64,000 nucleotides of DNA, from IMG/VR virus record IMGVR_UViG_3300007734_000759, positions 23,154-87,153 of that record; one strand, written 5' to 3'. The position numbers and the translations under genes were made by a program. This DNA comes from a virus. Shown here one piece after another: positions 10,564 through 20,125 of the stretch. How positions within the stretch are numbered: the first letter of the stretch is position 1; each line of letters opens with the position of its first letter. Under the pieces are notes generated by a model. That model searched no databases and had not been told where the DNA came from. It saw only the letters and a program-made list of their open reading frames with translations.

Positions 10564-11526
10564 ATGATTAAGCTATTATCGTTATTTAAGGATGTTATCC
10601 AAGAGGGAGGGAATGTTTTTGGTACAACTGATCGCATTAAAAGAGAAGATATACCACCTACTCTTGATAGGTTTGTAGAAGAATTAGGTAAGATTTTTCC
10701 ACAAAAGAAAAATACTTTTAAATTTCAAACCCTAGGATCTGTAGGACAGAAAGATGAATCAGGAGATATAGACTTAGGATATGATGGTAATAACCTTACG
10801 AAAGACGGAAAAGCTGATTTAGAAGGTTGGAACATCGATCCACAAGAGTTTCAAGAAACTTTTGATCGTATTAGAAAAAGAGTTAGATCGGCAACAGAAG
10901 AACAATCAACTAAACGAGCAATGCTTGAGCTGATTGCAAAACAAGTAATAGAAGCTCCAGGACCAATTAAAGCTGACATGAAAGCGGCAGGTAATGGTTC
11001 ACTATTCTTCGAGTTTCCTCAGTTCGATCCTTCTGGAAACGAATTGGATAAGCATGTACAAATCGACATCAATGTAGGTGATTTAGATTGGCTGAAGTTC
11101 TCGTATTATTCTAAAGGATACACAGGAAATATAAAAGGGTTGCATAGAACACAACTACTAGTAGCTTTGTTTAAAAATAAAGATTTAATTTTCAATCACA
11201 ATCTAGGAGTAAAAGATAAAGAAGGAAATGTATTAGCTAGAAATCCCCAACAAGTTCTAGATTTACTTAATAAAATTTATGGAACTAACATCTCTGAGGA
11301 TATAATTTACGACTACTCAGAGTTAATGGATTACCTACAAGCAAACCTACCTGAATCAGAACTCAATTCAATTTACGATATATACTTAAAAATCCTAGAC
11401 TCAACTAGAGCAGATATACCACAACACTTACAAGATTATTGGATTAAAAACCAAGAAAGGTTAGGCCTTAGAGGTAAGTTTTTACCAGACGATTCGAATC
11501 TAACAAAATATAAAATAGAAGCATGA
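10564..11526 (+). CDS. Pol-beta-superfamily nucleotidyltransferase-like protein with putative capsid-targeting leader
   Basis: LGSVGQKDESGDIDLG motif and third Asp in HVQIDINV; leader MIKLLSLFKDVIQE. Confidence 0.6.
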   Translation: MIKLLSLFKDVIQEGGNVFGTTDRIKREDIPPTLDRFVEELGKIFPQKKNTFKFQTLGSVGQKDESGDIDLGYDGNNLTKDGKADLEGWNIDPQEFQETFDRIRKRVRSATEEQSTKRAMLELIAKQVIEAPGPIKADMKAAGNGSLFFEFPQFDPSGNELDKHVQIDINVGDLDWLKFSYYSKGYTGNIKGLHRTQLLVALFKNKDLIFNHNLGVKDKEGNVLARNPQQVLDLLNKIYGTNISEDIIYDYSELMDYLQANLPESELNSIYDIYLKILDSTRADIPQHLQDYWIKNQERLGLRGKFLPDDSNLTKYKIEA

Positions 11527-13325
11527 GCGGTTCAGCAGGAGGACAAAGAATTTCACGAGCAGCAGTAGAAGCTACGGTCAAGGATTATATCGATAGAGTT
11601 CTTTCTAAATTCAAAGGATTCAAATCAGCAAAAGTATCCGGATCATATAATTACAGCGATAAACAAGACTTTGGCGATCTTGATCTAATTGTCTTTATTG
11701 AAGGAGATGATAAAAAACAAGTAAAAGATGCTCTTGCTAATTATTTACAAAGTCTACCCGATGATGTAATAGTTCCTTTTAAGAGTGAAAAGTACGCAGG
11801 GAAGAAACTTCTCAAACCAGGAGAGCTTGTAACCGTTTTATATCCAATAGCAGGAGTGCCAGGAGAATTTGTACAAATTGATAACATAGTAGCAATCTCA
11901 CAACAGGAAGAGCAGTTTAAACAGACCTTCTTGGATGTACCTGCTGCAACTCAAGGTTTAATTTTAGGACTAGTAAAAGCAGCAACTGTTGAGGAAGATC
12001 CACAACAAATCTTTAAAAGATTAGGAATAACAGATGTACCAACTCCTGAAGAAAATCAAGAATACGATTTCAATTTAAGTGGAGATAAATTATCACTTAG
12101 ATTAGTAACACTGGGAGATGGTTTTAAGGAGTTAGGTAGAGAAGTAGTTTGGACATCTCAAAATTGGAGCGATGTCGAGAAGCTGCTTTCAAATTATGAT
12201 TTAAACGTACCTTTTGAGGATCTACTTAAACAAGTAAAATCTAATCTGTCAACAGAACGAGGTAAGAATAGAGTAAAAGGAATTTTTAGGTCAATGGTTT
12301 CGGTTAAGAGTGGTGAGGTTGGAACTCCAAAAGGAGATGATAAGGAAAAAGCACTTACACAAGTAGCAGCTTTAGAAGGTAAGTATTCACAACTTACATT
12401 AGAATTAATTAAACCTTTCTTAGGTGAGCAAGAAGAATCACCACAATCAATCGCAGTATTTCCAGGAGCATTTAAACCACCTCATAGATCACACTTCGAA
12501 GTTATCCAAAAAGTAGCTCCAATGGTGGATGTTGTGAAAGTATACGTATCTAAGCAGCCAAGAGGAGGAGGGAAAGAGGTAACAATAACGCAAGATCAAG
12601 CATTAAAGGTCTGGGATATATATAAAAATTATCTACCAAACAACGTAGAGATTATACCAGCAACTAATGCAACCCCTGTTTTAGACGCGTATCAGGAGAT
12701 AGAAGCACATCCTAACAATCAATACTTAGCTATCTATGGAAAAGGTGAGGAAGGGCGCTGGAAAGCTGTTGAAAAGGATCGTAACAAGTATGGACATGTT
12801 AAAACTGTAAACTTAGGAGATATTGAGGGAGTATCTGCAACAAAGATTAGAACCTTACTAGCACAAGGAGATGATGCCCAACTTATTGAGTATTTACCTA
12901 GCATAAGTGAAGAAGACGCTTTAGAAGTTTTACACATATTACTTGGTACAGTAAGAGAGTTTGTTACACGTAAGGATTTAGAGGATGTAGAGCAAGTAGC
13001 TGATACAGAATTAGCTCCCGTAGACGTAACATTTGATAGACATTTTACAGATAGAGTAAACGATCCGAGAAACACTCCAGAAATCTCTAAAGAGGAGTTA
13101 ATAGACTTTTTTAAAAAACTAGCCAAGAAGCAGGGAGCTCTTAAATCTCTATTGAATAAAGACAGTGAAGTAGTTGCCAAAGATATGCAAAGAGATTTAA
13201 ACACTCCAATTATCGCTACACAAAAAGATAAATCAGGGGTTAAGCAAATAGCACCTAAAACTATCATGCGTAAGAAAAACTTCAATACTCCAAATAAAAC
13301 TATATTTGTAGAGAAGAAAAAATAA
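11523..13325 (+). CDS. Multidomain protein: Pol-beta-like NTase + HxGH-type nucleotidyltransferase + C-terminal unknown domain
   Basis: SGSYNYSDKQDFGDLDLIV and FVQIDNI; VFPGAFKPPHRSH and GVSATKIR; C-terminal FDRHFTDRVNDPRN domain. Confidence 0.65.
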   Translation: MSGSAGGQRISRAAVEATVKDYIDRVLSKFKGFKSAKVSGSYNYSDKQDFGDLDLIVFIEGDDKKQVKDALANYLQSLPDDVIVPFKSEKYAGKKLLKPGELVTVLYPIAGVPGEFVQIDNIVAISQQEEQFKQTFLDVPAATQGLILGLVKAATVEEDPQQIFKRLGITDVPTPEENQEYDFNLSGDKLSLRLVTLGDGFKELGREVVWTSQNWSDVEKLLSNYDLNVPFEDLLKQVKSNLSTERGKNRVKGIFRSMVSVKSGEVGTPKGDDKEKALTQVAALEGKYSQLTLELIKPFLGEQEESPQSIAVFPGAFKPPHRSHFEVIQKVAPMVDVVKVYVSKQPRGGGKEVTITQDQALKVWDIYKNYLPNNVEIIPATNATPVLDAYQEIEAHPNNQYLAIYGKGEEGRWKAVEKDRNKYGHVKTVNLGDIEGVSATKIRTLLAQGDDAQLIEYLPSISEEDALEVLHILLGTVREFVTRKDLEDVEQVADTELAPVDVTFDRHFTDRVNDPRNTPEISKEELIDFFKKLAKKQGALKSLLNKDSEVVAKDMQRDLNTPIIATQKDKSGVKQIAPKTIMRKKNFNTPNKTIFVEKKK

Positions 13326-13328
13326 TAA

Positions 13329-13625
13329 ATGTCTCAAACGATATTTCTTGATTGGAATGATGACCGGGTAGGAACTTGGGATGGTAACGACTTTGTATGG
13401 GAGTTTGTTGCTATTGTTATTCCCGATACTATTCCAACAACTGGAGGTGGTAGTTATGATGAGAGTGGAGCAAGAAAAAAACGTAGAACACGGATCAAAC
13501 TAATCACTTTCATTGATAACAAAGAGATAACAGAGGTAAAAGAAATAAAAGAATTTCCAAGTATATTTATACAAGACGCAAAGTTCGTCCAAAAAGATGG
13601 TATTAAACTTGAAATCAAACTGTAA
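13329..13625 (+). CDS. Hypothetical protein
   Basis: 98 aa ORF, tightly packed with its neighbours. Confidence 0.5.
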   Translation: MSQTIFLDWNDDRVGTWDGNDFVWEFVAIVIPDTIPTTGGGSYDESGARKKRRTRIKLITFIDNKEITEVKEIKEFPSIFIQDAKFVQKDGIKLEIKL

Positions 13626-14200
13626 TGTATATAGTATATCTTGACCAACCTAAGACATTTGAATGCTCAATCCAATTAGAAGGAGCTTCTATTTCAAATT
13701 CGAAAGCTAGGTTGATAATGGAAACCAAAGAAGGTCTTAATTTTATTTTCAATGGAAAAATAACAGACGACGGTAAGGTTTCTATTCCTATTACAAAACT
13801 AAAAAACATCATCAAAGAAGAGCAGAGAGGAAAAATTATGCTAGAAGTCATTGCAGATGACGTGTACTTCTCACCTTGGTCTTCTGATTTTGAAACAGCT
13901 CTAATGAAAAAGGTCCAAGTTACAGTAAACGAGGAGATAACCAAACCATCTAAACCAAGCGTATCAGTTACAATACACGAGCCTGCAAAACAACCTATTA
14001 GAAAAGTTGACCATTTGTTAGAAATTGTTTATATTCTAGCTAAGAATAAAATTACAATTCTAAACATTAAAGAAAATCAAAATAGGTTAAGTACTATAAT
14101 TGATAAGTACGTAGTTAATAAGAAACTCGATAAATCACAACTAAACGAAATTTTAACAAAACTACCTCAAAAATTATACGAGCTAACCTACAGTAAATAA
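13625..14200 (+). CDS. Hypothetical protein
   Basis: 191 aa ORF, stop/start overlap. Confidence 0.55.
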   Translation: MYIVYLDQPKTFECSIQLEGASISNSKARLIMETKEGLNFIFNGKITDDGKVSIPITKLKNIIKEEQRGKIMLEVIADDVYFSPWSSDFETALMKKVQVTVNEEITKPSKPSVSVTIHEPAKQPIRKVDHLLEIVYILAKNKITILNIKENQNRLSTIIDKYVVNKKLDKSQLNEILTKLPQKLYELTYSK

Positions 14201-14207
14201 CTAAGGT

Positions 14208-16268
14208 ATGCCTAATCCGCTATATAATCTTTTTGGTAAGAAAGTTTCCGATACCTACCACTCACTTCTACAATCAGGATCGGATGGTAAATTTTATGAT
14301 GGGGATGGAAATGAGGTTACTATTAATGCCACCATTCCTGATATCTATGTTCTAACAAGTTCATTTAATAATTTTACATCTTCCTATAATACCGGATCAT
14401 TTACCGGTTCTTTTACTGGTAGCTTATTAGGAACTGCATCTTATGCATTAAATGGAGGAGTAACTCAAATCACAGCAGGAACAGGTGTTATTATTTCTCC
14501 ACCTACTGGATTAGGCAATGTAACGGTAACATCGTTAGCACCAAGCTATAACACAGCAACAGGATCTTACGGATCTTTTTTCAGTACTGGATCACAAACA
14601 GCAGTACTAGCGACAGAAATATACTCAATGTCTATTTCAACAACAGACATTTCAAATGGAGTATACATAAGCGGATCAGGAGATCCATATAACACCTTCG
14701 TTAAGTTTACTAATGCAGGAACTTACAACATTCAATTTTCAGCACAGTTCTCCAATTCAGGAAACAACCCATCAGATGTAATTATTTGGTTGAGAAAAAA
14801 TGATGCATCATCTGTTAATGATTTAGCTGATAGTTCTGGAATATGTACTGTACCTGCTAAAAAAGGAACAGTTCCCGGTCAGCTTATAGCAAGTTGGAAT
14901 TACCTTATTAACGTAGTAGCAGGAGATTTTATACAATTACTATGGCATACTGCCGATGCAAACGTAATTACATTAGAAACTATAGCTGCAGGAACAAATC
15001 CAGCCCACCCAAGAACACCAGCACTTATCTTAACTGCCCAAAGAGTAGATACTTTTCTAAGCAACACAGGATCGTTTAGTGGATCGTTTACTGGAGAATT
15101 TACAGGAAGCTTATTGGGAACAGGAAGCTGGGCTGTAAGTGCAAGCCAAGCAGTAACATCTTCGTATTCTAATACATCACAAACTACGTCAACAATCACA
15201 GTAAACTCTTTTGGAAGTAATGTAGAGAGTTATCTACTGATGTCAAACGTAGTTGCATTACCTGGTGTAGCAATAGGAGGTGATGCTGATTTAAGATATA
15301 ATGCATCAACTAATAGACTCTCTGTAGGATCTATATCAGCTACAAGTTTAACAGGCTCTCTACAAGGAACAGCTAGCTGGGCAGATAATGCAACAACAGC
15401 GAGTTATATATTAAATGCTGTTAGTAGTTCATTCGCATCAACTGCTTCATTTGCTCCAAACTATCTGTTAGTAAGCAGCACTAGCTCAATGCTAGCTCCA
15501 TACGTCTTGAGTTCTCAAACATCTAGTTTTGTAACAAATTCTCAAACAGGATCATTTATAACAACAGCATCAGTTAGTTTAAATACGATTACTTTTACAA
15601 AAGCAAACGGTACAACTTTCCCGATCACCGTAGACACAGGATCAGGAGGCGGAAGTGGAGCAGGATTTCCATTTTCAGGTAGTGCTGTAATAACTGGATC
15701 ATTATTTATATCAGGTTCAGCAGGATTAACTATTACAGGTAGCGGTATACTTACCGCAGGTGCAGTTGGAGGTGATGAAGGAGGGGAAATTTTACTAGGT
15801 AAAGCTATCACCAATACTACATTAACAGGTTCCGGAGTTACAATTGATGTATACCAGAATAGACTTAGGATATTTGAACAAGGAGGTTCAAATAGAGGAG
15901 GATATTTCGATATTACAGACTTAGCCACAGGAGTAGGTACAAACTTATCAACCGCAGAAGTAACACTAAACAGACAAGCAGCTAGCTATGTTTTGGCACT
16001 TACGGACATAGGTAAATTAGTAGAGATGAACGTAGGTACTGCCAATACATTAACAGTACCGTCGAGTTCAACTGCCAACTTTCCAATTGGAGCTAAAATT
16101 GATATAGCACAATACGGAGCTGGTCAAACGACAGTAACTACCGGAAGTGTTAACGTACTATTACGAAGTGCAGGTAATGCGACTAAGCTAGCTGCCCAAT
16201 ATGCAGGGGCAACTGTAGTAAAAATAGCTACAGACGAATGGTACTTGTTTGGGAATATAACAGTATAA
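14208..16268 (+). CDS. Tail fibre / fibre-like virion protein
   Basis: Repeated TGSFTGSFTGSLLGTAS-type units, G/S/T-rich; C-terminal domain ends KIATDEWYLFGN. Confidence 0.65.
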   Translation: MPNPLYNLFGKKVSDTYHSLLQSGSDGKFYDGDGNEVTINATIPDIYVLTSSFNNFTSSYNTGSFTGSFTGSLLGTASYALNGGVTQITAGTGVIISPPTGLGNVTVTSLAPSYNTATGSYGSFFSTGSQTAVLATEIYSMSISTTDISNGVYISGSGDPYNTFVKFTNAGTYNIQFSAQFSNSGNNPSDVIIWLRKNDASSVNDLADSSGICTVPAKKGTVPGQLIASWNYLINVVAGDFIQLLWHTADANVITLETIAAGTNPAHPRTPALILTAQRVDTFLSNTGSFSGSFTGEFTGSLLGTGSWAVSASQAVTSSYSNTSQTTSTITVNSFGSNVESYLLMSNVVALPGVAIGGDADLRYNASTNRLSVGSISATSLTGSLQGTASWADNATTASYILNAVSSSFASTASFAPNYLLVSSTSSMLAPYVLSSQTSSFVTNSQTGSFITTASVSLNTITFTKANGTTFPITVDTGSGGGSGAGFPFSGSAVITGSLFISGSAGLTITGSGILTAGAVGGDEGGEILLGKAITNTTLTGSGVTIDVYQNRLRIFEQGGSNRGGYFDITDLATGVGTNLSTAEVTLNRQAASYVLALTDIGKLVEMNVGTANTLTVPSSSTANFPIGAKIDIAQYGAGQTTVTTGSVNVLLRSAGNATKLAAQYAGATVVKIATDEWYLFGNITV

Positions 16269-16272
16269 CGGC

Positions 16273-17091
16273 ATGATAGGAACAGTAGCAAGTAATCAAT
16301 TAACTCAAGAATATATTCAAATATTGAGTCAATCCAACGTTGCTCTTTCTGGCGTACGGCCTACCTATGTCAATCAATTAAAGCAAGATACATTAGTTAG
16401 ATCCCTAAAACAAGATGGATCTTGGAATCTTATAGACGTTTTGTATATATTTGCTAATGATGAATCAACAGGTAATTTTGCCTTACTGAATTGGACTAAT
16501 CCATCTCTATATTCATTAACAAAAATTAATTCACCTGTGTTTTTTTCAAATAGAGGGTATAGTAGTGCAAACTCTACTAACTATCTTTCATCATCATGGG
16601 CACCATCCAATGGAGTTAATTTTCAACAAAACAGTGCTTCAATAGGGGGCATGGTGTATAATACACCAACTGCTAACAGCTCAAGTGCTTTAATAGGAAC
16701 AAATGGAGCAACCCAAAATGCTGTATTTCTAGTACCCAGGACAGTAAGTACGTATAGAACATCTCTAAACCAAGCCACGTTGAATGCTAGTACTATTCCT
16801 CAAAACTTCATGGCAAGGAGAGTGATAGGAGCATTCAGATCACAATCACTAAACTACGATCAATTTTACCCATCTTCAAGTACTGTAGATGCGTTTATTA
16901 GACCAACAACCAACATGACAAGCTCCGCTCCTACAACACAACAAGTCAATATATTATCAGCTAATCAGAATGGTACTAGACTATACGGAGGAGATTTAAC
17001 AGCATCAATGGCCTGGTTTGGAGGATACGGAATTGTAAATAGATTAGCAACATTTACTGGTTCAATGACAACTTATATAAATTCAATTTAA
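16273..17091 (+). CDS. Putative fibre-associated structural protein
   Basis: N/S/T-rich beta pattern, directly follows the fibre gene. Confidence 0.4.
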   Translation: MIGTVASNQLTQEYIQILSQSNVALSGVRPTYVNQLKQDTLVRSLKQDGSWNLIDVLYIFANDESTGNFALLNWTNPSLYSLTKINSPVFFSNRGYSSANSTNYLSSSWAPSNGVNFQQNSASIGGMVYNTPTANSSSALIGTNGATQNAVFLVPRTVSTYRTSLNQATLNASTIPQNFMARRVIGAFRSQSLNYDQFYPSSSTVDAFIRPTTNMTSSAPTTQQVNILSANQNGTRLYGGDLTASMAWFGGYGIVNRLATFTGSMTTYINSI

Positions 17092-17092
17092 T

Positions 17093-17305
17093 ATGAGAGT
17101 ATTAAAAGGCAATCCACAACAGATAGCAATGTTAAATGGGTATCACAATAATAATTCAACTTTACTATTCCTTCCAGACTACGCAGGTAATATGACAACC
17201 TCTGTTAATGTCGTAGATAATCCTGATTTTGAAGCAATACGAGACGAACTACTACAACTAGAGGAAATAGAGTACGTAGAGTTCCCCATACAAGATGATA
17301 TTTAA
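17093..17305 (+). CDS. Hypothetical protein (possible fibre chaperone)
   Basis: 70 aa, acidic C-terminus, follows fibre genes. Confidence 0.35.
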   Translation: MRVLKGNPQQIAMLNGYHNNNSTLLFLPDYAGNMTTSVNVVDNPDFEAIRDELLQLEEIEYVEFPIQDDI

Positions 17306-17314
17306 TTAAAAGAT

Positions 17315-17683
17315 ATGTTCAAACATCATTTAGCCTCCCTGACAAAACACATGGTAGAATGCGGAATGCCCATTACTCCACTACCATCTGTGCAATTTAT
17401 ACACAACGACGAGGAGAATGCACAAGATATCCTAGGTAGAACAGCATATTACGAACCACAAAGTAAATGCATTGTACTTTACACTAAAGGAAGACATCCT
17501 AAGGATATACTAAGATCTTTTGCACATGAGATGATCCACCACATGCAAAATATAGAAGGAAGATTGAATCACATAGATACAACTAACGTAAACGAAGATC
17601 AAAATTTATATGAACTAGAGTTGGAAGCATACTCAAAAGGTAATATGTTATTTAGAGAGTGGGAAAACTCTTGCAGAGCATGA
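17315..17683 (+). CDS. HExxH zinc-metallopeptidase-like protein
   Basis: LRSFAHEMIHH with downstream ELEAY. Confidence 0.6.
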   Translation: MFKHHLASLTKHMVECGMPITPLPSVQFIHNDEENAQDILGRTAYYEPQSKCIVLYTKGRHPKDILRSFAHEMIHHMQNIEGRLNHIDTTNVNEDQNLYELELEAYSKGNMLFREWENSCRA

Positions 17684-18192
17684 TTAAATTAGAACAACTA
17701 CTAAAAGAAATACAACAACAGGATTATCGTATTTATTGTGATCTTGATGGAGTCTTGAGTAATTTTGACGGTAGATTTAAAGAACTCGTAGGCGATTCGC
17801 CCGACAATTACAAAGATCAATACGGCAAGAAAGCGTTTTGGAGAGCTATAGATGATCAAGGTGAGGAGTTCTGGTCAGGAATGAAACCAATGCCAGATGC
17901 TAAAAAGCTATGGAATTACATAGGCAAGTATAAACCCGAACTACTATCAGCACCATCGAGCAAGCAATATTCACACACAGGTAAACAACTATGGGTAGAT
18001 CAACACCTACCAGGTGTAACTCTGAACCTAAAACCCGCAACTGAGAAGCATTACTACTGCACAGGACCTTATGACATCTTAATAGACGACAGAGCAGACA
18101 CGATTCAAAGATGGAATAATGCAGGTGGTGTAGGAATTCTACATAAAAATGCACAAGATACAATAAACCAACTAGCTGAGCTAGGTTTATGA
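17680..18192 (+). CDS. HAD-family 5'(3')-deoxyribonucleotidase with putative capsid-targeting leader
   Basis: IYCDLDGVL, ELLSAP and ILIDDR motifs; ATG 17680 overlaps the upstream TGA; leader MIKLEQLLKE. Confidence 0.8.
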   Translation: MIKLEQLLKEIQQQDYRIYCDLDGVLSNFDGRFKELVGDSPDNYKDQYGKKAFWRAIDDQGEEFWSGMKPMPDAKKLWNYIGKYKPELLSAPSSKQYSHTGKQLWVDQHLPGVTLNLKPATEKHYYCTGPYDILIDDRADTIQRWNNAGGVGILHKNAQDTINQLAELGL

Positions 18193-18193
18193 T

Positions 18194-18202
18194 ATATTTA
18201 TA
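18194..18202 (+). promoter_or_regulatory. ATATTTATA putative late-promoter motif
   Basis: GATATATTTATAACTAAAA upstream of ATG 18218. Confidence 0.6.
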
Positions 18203-18217
18203 ACTAAAATAATCCAT

Positions 18218-18616
18218 ATGAAATTACAACATTTTAGAAAATTAATTAGAGAAATGGTTGAAATGGAGCTAGATGAGAAAAGAAAAGCTCCAGACAGAAA
18301 GCTAGAAAAAGACGAACTAGGAAAATTCTTCGTAGTAGTGAAAGTTACCTCAGAGGATTCTGATCCAGTAATGACAGTAAACTTGCTAGATTTTGCTCAC
18401 AAAATTAAGAGTGGTGAAATTCCATTGGAAAAACTTGATAGTGTATTTTCTAAAAGTGGATCTGCTCGTAAAAGGGCTAATGAGATTTTGAAAGTAGTTA
18501 AGGAAGAGAGAGAAGCTTTGGAAGAAGAAATGGAAAAGATCCGCGAATTAAGAAGACAGGAAGAGGAAATGAAAGCATCAGCAAAGTCAAAAGTTAATAA
18601 GTTAAAAGGAGCATAA
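18218..18616 (+). CDS. Hypothetical, putative internal head protein
   Basis: Leader MKLQHFRKLIREMVE; coiled-coil C-terminus. Confidence 0.45.
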   Translation: MKLQHFRKLIREMVEMELDEKRKAPDRKLEKDELGKFFVVVKVTSEDSDPVMTVNLLDFAHKIKSGEIPLEKLDSVFSKSGSARKRANEILKVVKEEREALEEEMEKIRELRRQEEEMKASAKSKVNKLKGA

Positions 18617-19191
18617 TGTCCAGCAACGTTTTGAAAAGAGAGTTTAGAGAAAAAGATGTGCAACGTCTTCGAAATTTGATTACCAACAAACAAGGTAATA
18701 AAACCTCTATCTCTACAGGTTACAATAAAGATGAGATTGTACGTAATGAGGGAGATGTGTGGGAGGAGGATGGTAGAAAGTGGACTGTTAAAAATGGAGT
18801 TAAGTCAAACATTACAAAATTAGATGGGGCTAGAAAAACAGCAACAATGCCGTTATTTTGTCCATGTTGTAGTAAATTAATGAAGCATAAGTTCGATAAA
18901 GGATTCTATATGCAATACTACAAATGTTACGATTGCGTAGTAAAGATTGAAACTAAGTTACGAGCTACGGAAAAATGGGATGATTACGAAAAAACAATCC
19001 ATAATGGAGATGTAGAAGGGTTAAAGAAAGATGTGACATTGTTTATGGAGAGTTTGTTAACAGAATCAAATCAAGGATTTGTAACAGAGCAAGGTGACAT
19101 CGAGCAGTGGAAGTCAGGAGGTAGGGATAAAGAGTTATTAAAAAAGCAGTTGGACGAAGCAATTAATTACTTAGATTCTTTAAAAAAATAA
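18616..19191 (+). CDS. Hypothetical protein with CxxC...CxxC zinc-binding motif
   Basis: FCPCCSK...KCYDC. Confidence 0.5.
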   Translation: MSSNVLKREFREKDVQRLRNLITNKQGNKTSISTGYNKDEIVRNEGDVWEEDGRKWTVKNGVKSNITKLDGARKTATMPLFCPCCSKLMKHKFDKGFYMQYYKCYDCVVKIETKLRATEKWDDYEKTIHNGDVEGLKKDVTLFMESLLTESNQGFVTEQGDIEQWKSGGRDKELLKKQLDEAINYLDSLKK

Positions 19192-19194
19192 ACT

Positions 19195-19809
19195 ATGGAA
19201 TTTATACTACCTGTAGTATTAGCATTAATAACCTCTATTCTTGGACCTATCGTAGTTGAATGGGTGAGAAAAAAGCTTAATAAGACGCCAATTAGCGATC
19301 CCTTAGCAGAGGCAATAGAGCACAACCAGGAGATAGATCACCAACTTCAACTGATAATGGATGAAACTGAGGCTAGTAGAATTTGGATAGCCCAATTCCA
19401 TAACGGAGGTCATTTCTACCCTACAGGTAAATCCATTCAAAAATTTTCAATATTTTACGAAAGAGTTGCTCCAGCGGTTAATTCCATCATGGAACTTTTC
19501 CAAAATATCCCAGTATCACTGTTTCCAAAAGCGCTAGGACAGCTATTTAAGGAAAGGGAGTTAATAATACTCGACTGTGAAAACGATGAAAACTTCGATT
19601 TACCATCTATACCAGGAGAAAGAGGTAGTCAATCCTTTTATATGTTGAGTATCCACGATACTGATGATAGATTCATAGGAGTATTAGCTTTGTCTTTCGT
19701 AGATAAAGGAAGAAGATTAACAAAAGAAGAGTGGATATTTATTAGAAGTCGAACAGGAACGATAGGTATGCTCTTAACAAACTATTTAAAAAACGTAAAA
19801 AAACAATGA
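19195..19809 (+). CDS. N-terminal TM + GAF-like domain protein; candidate T4-T-type holin
   Basis: Hydrophobic residues ~3-23, then ASRIWIAQFHNG...FIGVLALSF GAF-like pattern. Confidence 0.5.
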   Translation: MEFILPVVLALITSILGPIVVEWVRKKLNKTPISDPLAEAIEHNQEIDHQLQLIMDETEASRIWIAQFHNGGHFYPTGKSIQKFSIFYERVAPAVNSIMELFQNIPVSLFPKALGQLFKERELIILDCENDENFDLPSIPGERGSQSFYMLSIHDTDDRFIGVLALSFVDKGRRLTKEEWIFIRSRTGTIGMLLTNYLKNVKKQ

Positions 19810-20111
19810 CAGATTCTTTCAGCATACATAATTGGCAGTTGAAAAACGCCATTGAAGAGTATAGACAAATACTAGAGCCAGTTCCAGGACCTATACAAGA
19901 AGACGAGGTTGAAATTCTATGGAATAACCTTCGTAACCACACAGAAGTTAGAGCTGATATCATAGCAGCAGCATCACCCATAGCAAATGTAAACAGTAAA
20001 AGTTTTAATTGGGGAGACTTGAAGTCAAAACTTAGAGGCCTTATTGTTGGTTATTTCAACAATCACCCTAGAGAATTCTATTATTACGAGGGTATAGCAC
20101 AATCTATTTAA
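19806..20111 (+). CDS. Hypothetical protein
   Basis: 101 aa, ATGA overlap. Confidence 0.5.
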   Translation: MTDSFSIHNWQLKNAIEEYRQILEPVPGPIQEDEVEILWNNLRNHTEVRADIIAAASPIANVNSKSFNWGDLKSKLRGLIVGYFNNHPREFYYYEGIAQSI

Positions 20112-20125
20112 AGGTACTATTTATA

